NCBI GenBank assembly: GCA_951406725.2
Contig: OX597820.1
Coordinates: 46,190,001-46,254,000 of the forward strand
Reading direction: 5' to 3'
DNA: 64,000 bases
Source of the DNA: Octopus vulgaris
Lineage: Eukaryota
Each line of letters starts with the position of its first letter. Position 1 is the stretch's first letter. The notes beneath the pieces were generated by a model. It did no database searches. It worked only from the letters and a program-made list of their open reading frames with translations, and was not told where the DNA came from. A program made the translations under genes and the position numbers. This document shows positions 56,846-64,000 of the stretch, piece by piece.

Positions 56846-56883
56846 GTGAGTATCAACGCTTTCTTTTGTAGATCCTTGTAGTT

Positions 56884-57115
56884 GTCATCGTCGTCGTCGT
56901 CATCATCATCGTCGTCATCATCATCGTCGTCATCATCGTCGTCATCATCATCATCATCATCGTTGTCGTCGTCGTCATCATCATCATCATCATCATCATC
57001 ATCAGTAGCAGCAGCAGCAGCAGCAGCGTCAACAGCAGCTGTGGTTGCATCTCTAGTAGCAACATTACAACCAACATCACCATTATCATCATCATTATCC
57101 TCCTCCTCCACCTCC

Positions 57116-57195
<80 letters not shown>

Positions 57196-57328
57196 GTCAT
57201 CATGATCATCATCACCACCACCACCACCACCACCACCACCACCACCACCATCGTCATCATCATCAACAACAACAACAACAACAATAACAACAACATCATC
57301 ATCAACACCATCATCACCGTCCTCATCA
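56884..57328. repeat. Compound (CAT)/(CAG)/(CAC)/(CAA) microsatellite
   Basis: Visible tracts immediately 3' of the splice donor. Confidence 0.95.
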
Positions 57329-57600
57329 CCTAAAGCAACTCATCTTGAACCTTGAATTCCGCAAACTGTGTACCACAAGGATCTATCAGCTCATCCATTC
57401 CATTTGATTTATAACATATGTGTCTCAACCTTCCACCATCCTCTAATCCTATTTTAAGCGTCTAGAAAATTAAGTTCTTAGTTCTTGAAAATATGAAAAT
57501 ACTGAAGATTTAGTTTTTGAAAATACGAAGGAGTAAAATAATAGTAGAATGGTAAAAAAAAAGAAGGGAGGTTCTGAAAAATAGAGTGGTAGAAAAGAAG

Positions 57601-58820
57601 CGGGTTCTGAAAAGTTCCTGGCTTTAGGTAAAAGAAAATACAAGAGGGTCGGTATATTATAACCAGTGGGACCCGTGAATATTTCATGGAATTAATGGTA
57701 AACTCATTGTTTTTTTGGGGTTTTTTTGAAAACCTTATCCGAAAAACCTGGAAGCGTAACCTTTGTTGTGTCTGTATCAATAGATTGTCGCTTATCTGCT
57801 AATTATTGAAAAGTGGAGGAAATTGGAATACGATTATTACTTAATGCACTCTATATATACACTTTATGCACAATTTTATAGATTTAGTACACAGCACTCC
57901 CCGCTTTCTCTCTCTCTCTCACTCTTCGCCTTACCTTCTTTTTCTCTCTCCTTTTTCTTTCGCTCTTCGCCTTTCCTTTTAACTAAGCACGTGAAAGCGT
58001 TACAGACGGGCTAAGTAACGAAGGAAAAAACCTAGTTAAAAAAAAATTACACATTTCACTCACCACCCCTTCTCCCTCCCCTATCCACCATTTCTTTCCT
58101 CTCCTCTCCCAGGCCCCTGTAGCGGCATTCATTTCCGAATCGGAGAGAAATTTCGTTCCCTTAAGAGGTTTCTTCAGTAGTGGAAAGAGGTGATAGTCGG
58201 GTGATGCCACTCTATTGACAGATGCTTAGTGAGGGGATCATAATGATGAAGCCAAGTTTCATTCATGGTGTCTAAATGAGCCAAAAAATTAGCATCTCCT
58301 GCTGCAAGCCGGTCTAAAATCGCCTTTGATGTCGTGACTCTGATGCAGAAAGCTTTTTCATGTCTAGAATGTTATGAATGATGTGACCAACTCTTTCGTG
58401 AGAAATCCTGACGTGAACAGCGTTGGTTTTGTCCTCTGTGGTCGCGGAAGTTGGCCGTCCTGAATGGGGTCCATCTGTGACCTCAAAATGACCAGTCTGA
58501 AATTTTGACACTAGATTTTCACTGGAGAGTAAGATGGGCAGCCATCCTTCAAGAATTCCTTCATCTCGCTATGTATTTCCGCCGCTCCTTTGCCTTACAA
58601 AAAGAGGAACTTCATGACCGTCCATACTTCAATTTTTCAAAGATCCACTGTAGGAGCTGTCAAGCGTTAAATCTGCAAAAACGAAAGCGATATATTATAT
58701 ACTAACATGGATTTTTTGCTTATCTTCTCCTAAATAGTTGTCCTACCTTCTCTGTAAAGGTAGCAGCTCTACCCTTTTGCGATACGCCTAAAGCCAGAAA
58801 CTTTTCAGCACCCCATCGTA
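57601..58820 (-). mobile_element. mariner (DD34D-type) transposon relic with both TIRs
   Basis: TIRs CGGGTTCTGAAAAGTTCCTGGCTTTAGG (57601-28) and CCTAAAGCCAGAAACTTTTCAGCACCCC (58787-814), TA at 58819-20. Peptides AAEIHSEM, KFQTGHFEVTDGPHSGRP and ASPDYHLFPLLKKPLKGTKF. About 1.2 kb. Confidence 0.85.
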
Positions 58821-59279
58821 TACACACACGCATACATACATACATATATACATACATACATACATACATACATACATACATACATACATACATACATACA
58901 TACATACTCACACACATACATACATACATACATACATACATACATACATACATACATACATACACACACACACATATATAAAGAGAGGGAGGAGAAAGAA
59001 GGAGAAGGAGAAAGAGAAAGAGAATATGAGTAAGAAGATTACTGAGACAGGAAAAATAGGGGTTGTAATGATAGAGGCCAGTGGTATCGTAAACAACTTA
59101 ATAACAATATGGTCATATATGTTTGTACGGACATCCATACTCTAGGAAATCCAAAAGAACACCCCTTATCTTTGGCACCTATTCTACCATGAGCTTAAAT
59201 AAAGGTCTTCGCATTTTTTTCCTACTACTACTTCACCATCATCTTTATTTATGTAATTATATACAATATGCTAATATCG

Positions 59280-59597
59280 GTTTCAAATTTTGGCACAAAG
59301 CCAGCAATTTTAAGGGAGGGGCTAAGTTGATGTCAGTTACCCCAGTGATATATCTCGAAAAGATGGAAGGTAAAATCGACCTCGGTGGAATTTGAACTCA
59401 GAACGTAAATACAGACGAAATACCGCTAAGTATTTCGTCTGTCTTTATTTTCTGAGTTCAAATTCCGCCGAGATCGACTTTGGCTTTCATCGTTTCGGGG
59501 TCGAAAAATTAAGTACCAGTTGCGTACTGGGGTCGATCTAATCGACTGGCCACCTCCCCGAAAATTTCGGCCCTTGTGCCTAGAGTAGAAAAGAATA
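59280..59597. mobile_element. Head-to-head pair of SINE family B fragments
   Basis: Minus copy 59280-59430 directly abuts plus copy 59430-59597. Confidence 0.8.
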
Positions 59598-60792
59598 TTG
59601 ATGCTTTCTCGATGTTTTATTTTTCCCTGCTTGATATTGTTTTGTATATATATATGTGCAAGTGCGCATGGACATATATATGCAATTTTTTTTATATATT
59701 CTCATGAATATATTTGGGTTGAACATGTTTATATGCAGTTATACACCACCAAATTTGCAGCATCTGATAATTCAGTACACCAATAATCTCGATAAATTAC
59801 GAGAGGGAACTTGAAATTCTCGTGGCTACCAGTCTACTCCACTGCTCGACCACAGGTGGCGTTGTGTGTGTACTGTGTGTTTACATGCATTATCTATACT
59901 TTCCAAGGGGGCAAGCTGGCAGAATTGGTAACACGCTGGACGAAATTTCAGGTCTTGTGCCTATTGTAGAAGGGATTGTTTACACTGCCCTTTTTAGAAT
60001 CGATATCAAAATTTTGAGAGATCTTCTGCTTATAAAGTTACCCTTAGCTATGATTTCTACATGTAAGAGAACTGAGGTCATCATTGGTAGCGTCAAACGT
60101 ACACGTCAATCCACACCGAGCCAATATAAAGCAGAACAGTTCATGATGATTTAGACGCATGGGAGGTGCCGTTCATCTTTTCTGTGTCGATAAAATAAAT
60201 ACCATTTGAGCCCTGAGATCTATGGAATCGATTTGTTCCCTTCCCTCAAAGTTACTGACCTTGTGCCAAAATTAGGTATGATTTATTGTCGACCCCATTT
60301 TTTTTTTTGCACGGAGCTGATTTAGCCGTGCTATTTGCGTCACGAGGAATCTGGCAATCGCAAAAGGATAAAAGAAAAAGAAACAAAAACTCTTGGTAAT
60401 TTCCACTTCCTTTTGTTCCTAAAGCATGTGATTATTTTGGTTGATGGTTAATCTAATCTTGTTTGAAGTATTTAGTTACGGCTCCTTATGTTCCAATTTC
60501 AAAACCCACCGAGGTCAACTTCGCCTTTCATCTTCCCGAGGTCAATAAATAAAATATCAAGCAACTAATAGGTACGATTAATCGACTATACGCATTCCAA
60601 ACTATGTGGCATTGTGCCAGGGTTATAAATTATTTTTTCAATGTAATTATCTAACTATTTGCTTCTTTGTGTAAATGTATTACCATTATATTTCGTTTTT
60701 CATTTGCTTGAATATCAATTTTAGTGTAACCGTTGATACAGCATGATATGACACGTTGAATAGATATTAGTTATATTAGGATTGTAGGATTG

Positions 60793-61110
60793 GGTAAAAG
60801 GTAAAGTCCTACTTCGGTCATGAATGGCTATCGGATTGCACCTAGAAAGTTCCCCTCCGAGGCACAAATCCGGGCAACGCTATTCAAGGAAGACCAGCAG
60901 TCGCGCATACATACCAGTCTCCCCTCTCTACGCTACCAATGTTATCGAAGGAAAAAGCAAAGGCCGATACAACTTGGTACCAGTCATTTCTGCAGCTGTG
61001 TGAACTGGAGCAACGCGAAATAAAGTTTCTTGCTCAAGAACACAACACTCAGCTTGGTCTGGGATTTGAACTCACTGCCCAACGTCCTAGCTACTGATCC
61101 ACGCGCTTTC
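60793..61110 (-). mobile_element. SINE homologous to 42195-42523
   Basis: TTCGGTCATGAATG...CCTAGAAAGTTCCCCTCCGAGG...TGGAGCAACG. Confidence 0.75.
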
Positions 61111-61974
61111 CAATTTCATAAAAAGTAGCATAAAATTTTGAAAGAGGATTGCATTGAGGTAGAAAGAAGCTCCGAATGGAAATTTTGTGGGTAAACCTTC
61201 CGATATATGTAAAATTAAGAGTGTAATTCACATAGTTAATAATTTAATGTGCCATTTCAGAATATTTCTCTTTAAGAAATAAAAATAAACCAAACATTCG
61301 TTTCAGTAACCCTTTATATTTTGATGGTTACATATGTTGCTTTTCATCCTTTCGGGATCGATAGAATAAGCACCAGCTGAACATTGTGACTAACATATTT
61401 GATTTTGTCCTTCCCCTCAGGCTCCTAGATGTAGCAGAGAAAGTTATTAGAAACAATATAAGCAAACTAAAGTATTTTTGTTTGCTCCTCGAAACGCTGG
61501 AATTTTTTTCAATTGCTTCGGTATTAAGTTGACAAGTCACGGTTTCTGGACTTGACTCAAACTTGCGGATTAATTTTCAGTACTTTCATTTGAGGCTACT
61601 TGATATTCTAAAGCTTTATTTCTCAAAGTTAAGTATTCTATTGGAATGCATATTAAATTGTTAACGAATGTTACAAAGGTAGTGAGCTGGCAAAAATGTT
61701 AGCGTTGTGGACAAAATGCTAACTGACGTTTCTTCTGGCGCTTTACGTTCTGAGTTCAAATCTGTAATTTGCTCGTAGTAGTTATTACCTATTTCTTTAT
61801 TACCCATAAGGGGCTAAACATAGAGGGGACGAACAAAGACAGACAAACGGATTAAGTCGATTATATCGATCCTAGTGCGTAACTGGTACTTAATTAATCG
61901 ACCCCAAAAGGATGAAAGGCAAAGTCGACCTCGACGGAATTTGAACTCAGAACGTAGCGGCAGTAGTTATTACC

Positions 61975-62620
61975 ATTAATGGTTTTATTCAGCACATCTG
62001 CTGGTGAGATATAAGCTAGACAAAGGAGATTAGGAATCTCCCTGAAATACTTCCTTGCAGGACTGGTTTTAAGCATCTTCTTTTTCTCTGAAGTAATGTA
62101 GGTATTTATAATAAAGGGTGAAGAATCGACGAATTTCTAGGTATTTATAATAAAGGGTGAAGAATCGACGTATTCCTAGAGGTAATCAAATGGTGTAACT
62201 TATTCTGAGGAGGTAATTCAAGGTTTAAGGTGTCCAAGAATTAAGTATCCCAAAGTATTTGTCGGATGAATGTGGAAGGTCCGCTTGAGCATGCATCGCT
62301 TGTCATTGATTTAGTTATTTATAATTCTGGTATGGTATGGTTGTTTCATAGACTTAGTATAGGAGTTGATTTAATGGTACACATATTCTTCTGTATCTAG
62401 TTTAGTCATTTGCTTATACATATATAGTTGAAGGGTAGATGTCCCTGGTGATCTTGTTTTTTGGAAATCAATATTTTCCTCTTTCATAACTCTCCAGGAG
62501 ATCGTTCTGCTCTGTTTACTAATTTCTTTAATGTCCTCAGCACATATTCATGGATATTGATTCAGTATTTCAATCAGAAATTGGGAACCTCGATAATTCT
62601 AGGAGCTTTTCAGTTGTTAT
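61975..62620 (-). pseudogene. Degraded R4/Dong-like RT relic
   Basis: Minus strand GTATTTCAGGGAGATTCC encodes VFQGDS, followed by SPL near 62030-62050. Confidence 0.5.
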
Positions 62621-62806
62621 TGACGATAAGATAATCGATAAAACGAATAGAAAGAAAAGAAATAAAGAAATAAAAGATAATCTAATTACCTGTAAGATCG
62701 ATATTAATCATCATTAATAATATATTTATTTTCCTTGGTTTGTTACATACGCTGAGATTTTCCTTTATCAAGACATGAATTTCTTACATTATTATTGTTA
62801 TTGCAT

Positions 62807-63750
62807 AGGTAGCGAGCTGGCAGAATCGTTAGCACAATGAGCAAAAAGTGCTCAGCAGTATTTCGTCCGTCTAAGTTCAGATTCCACCGAGGTCAGTTCT
62901 GCCTTTCATTCTTTCGGGGTCGATAAAATAAGTACCAATTGAGGACTGGAGTCGCTGTAATTGACTTACCCTTTCCCTGACATTGCTGGCTTTGTACTTT
63001 ATGATATATATAGTTTTACATATTAATAAAGTAGTTTTAGGCACTTTATCCTTTGTTTTCTACATGCACCCATCGATTTCAATCTCAACAGAAAAAAAAA
63101 ACTTTGGTCGTTTTGGCTACACATACCCAAACACTGTGTCTCAAAAGGGTTAAAATCGTTAAGGAGGCAAGCTAGCAGAATCGTTAGCACATCGGAGAAA
63201 ATGAGTTTAAATTTCGCCGAGGTCTGTTTTGCCGTTCATCTTTCCCAGGTCACTAAAATAAATATCAATCAAGTACCGGTCTCATGTAATCGACTTTCCC
63301 CTCTACCCTCAAATCTGCTGACCTTGTGTCAAAACTAGAAGAATCAACACGTCGGACGAAATATGTAGTGGCATTTCTTCTGCCTCTTCACGTTGTGACT
63401 TCAAATACCGCCGAGATCAGCTTTGCCTGTTATTCTTTCGGAGTTGATAAATACCAGTTGAGCATTGGGGTCGATATCATTGCCTTCCCGCTCCCCTAAA
63501 ATTGCTGGCCTGGTGCTTAAACTTGAAACAAAAGGTGGTGAGCTGGCAGAGTCATTAGCGCATAGAACAAAATACGTAGCAGCATTTCTTCCGGTTCTTT
63601 ATGTCCTGAGTTCAAATTCCGCCGAGGTTGATTTTATTTTTCATCCTTTCGAGATCGATAGAATGAGTACTCATTAAACCCCAGGGTCGATGTTCTGGAC
63701 TTATCGTCTACCCTAAAAAATTTGGGGCTTTGTACTAAAGTTAGAAAGAA
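62807..63750 (+). mobile_element. Cluster of about 4 diverged SINE family B copies
   Basis: Repeated GAGCTGGCAGA / GTTCAAATTCCGCCGAGG / CTTTCGGGGTCGATAAAAT motifs. Confidence 0.8.
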
Positions 63751-63821
63751 TTACTTTAATTATATTTGTTTTCATTGGTTTGATAAATAGGCAGAGATAT
63801 TTTTTGTTTTAAAAAAACGTT

Positions 63822-63968
63822 AGGCGTAGGAGCGGCTGTGTAGTAAGTAGCTTGCTTACGAACAACATGGTTCCGGGTTCAGTCCTATGGCGTGACACCT
63901 ACTATAGCCTCGGGCCGACCAACGCCTTGTGAGTGGATTTGGTAGACGGAAAGTGAAAGAAGCCCGTC

Positions 63969-63970
<2 letters not shown>
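63822..63970 (+). mobile_element. SINE family A 5' half
   Basis: AGGCGTAGGAGCGGCTGTGTAG...GAAAGAAGCCCGTCGT running into (TA)n at the window edge. Confidence 0.8.

Positions 63971-64000
<30 letters not shown>

Overview
Eukaryotic, AT-rich, repeat-dense genomic DNA. The SINE and microsatellite content resembles what I recall of Octopus genomes; this is inference, not a database result. Almost every ORF in the supplied track is a microsatellite artefact. Supportable content: (1) one probable host exon (56517-56845, +) encoding a signal-peptide-like N-terminus, so most of the window is probably intronic or upstream DNA; (2) dozens of tRNA-like SINEs from three families; (3) R4/Dong-type RLE-LINE fragments in (TAA)n, plus CR1-group LINE 3' ends; (4) DNA transposon relics (Tigger/pogo, mariner, maT-like, a Merlin-like MITE); (5) a 19-bp/~230-bp higher-order tandem repeat. 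The most striking signal is a set of short, mutually unrelated elements lying in or beside (TA)n/(ATAC)n tracts. They carry minimal type-I hammerhead ribozyme motifs with palindromic stem III, including U3-A8 core variants, and often have inverted or tandem terminal repeats. Penelope-like (PLE) RT and GIY-YIG coding relics occur in the same window. This suggests a microsatellite-associated PLE/retrozyme-like system. Coordinates were read by eye and repeat boundaries are approximate.
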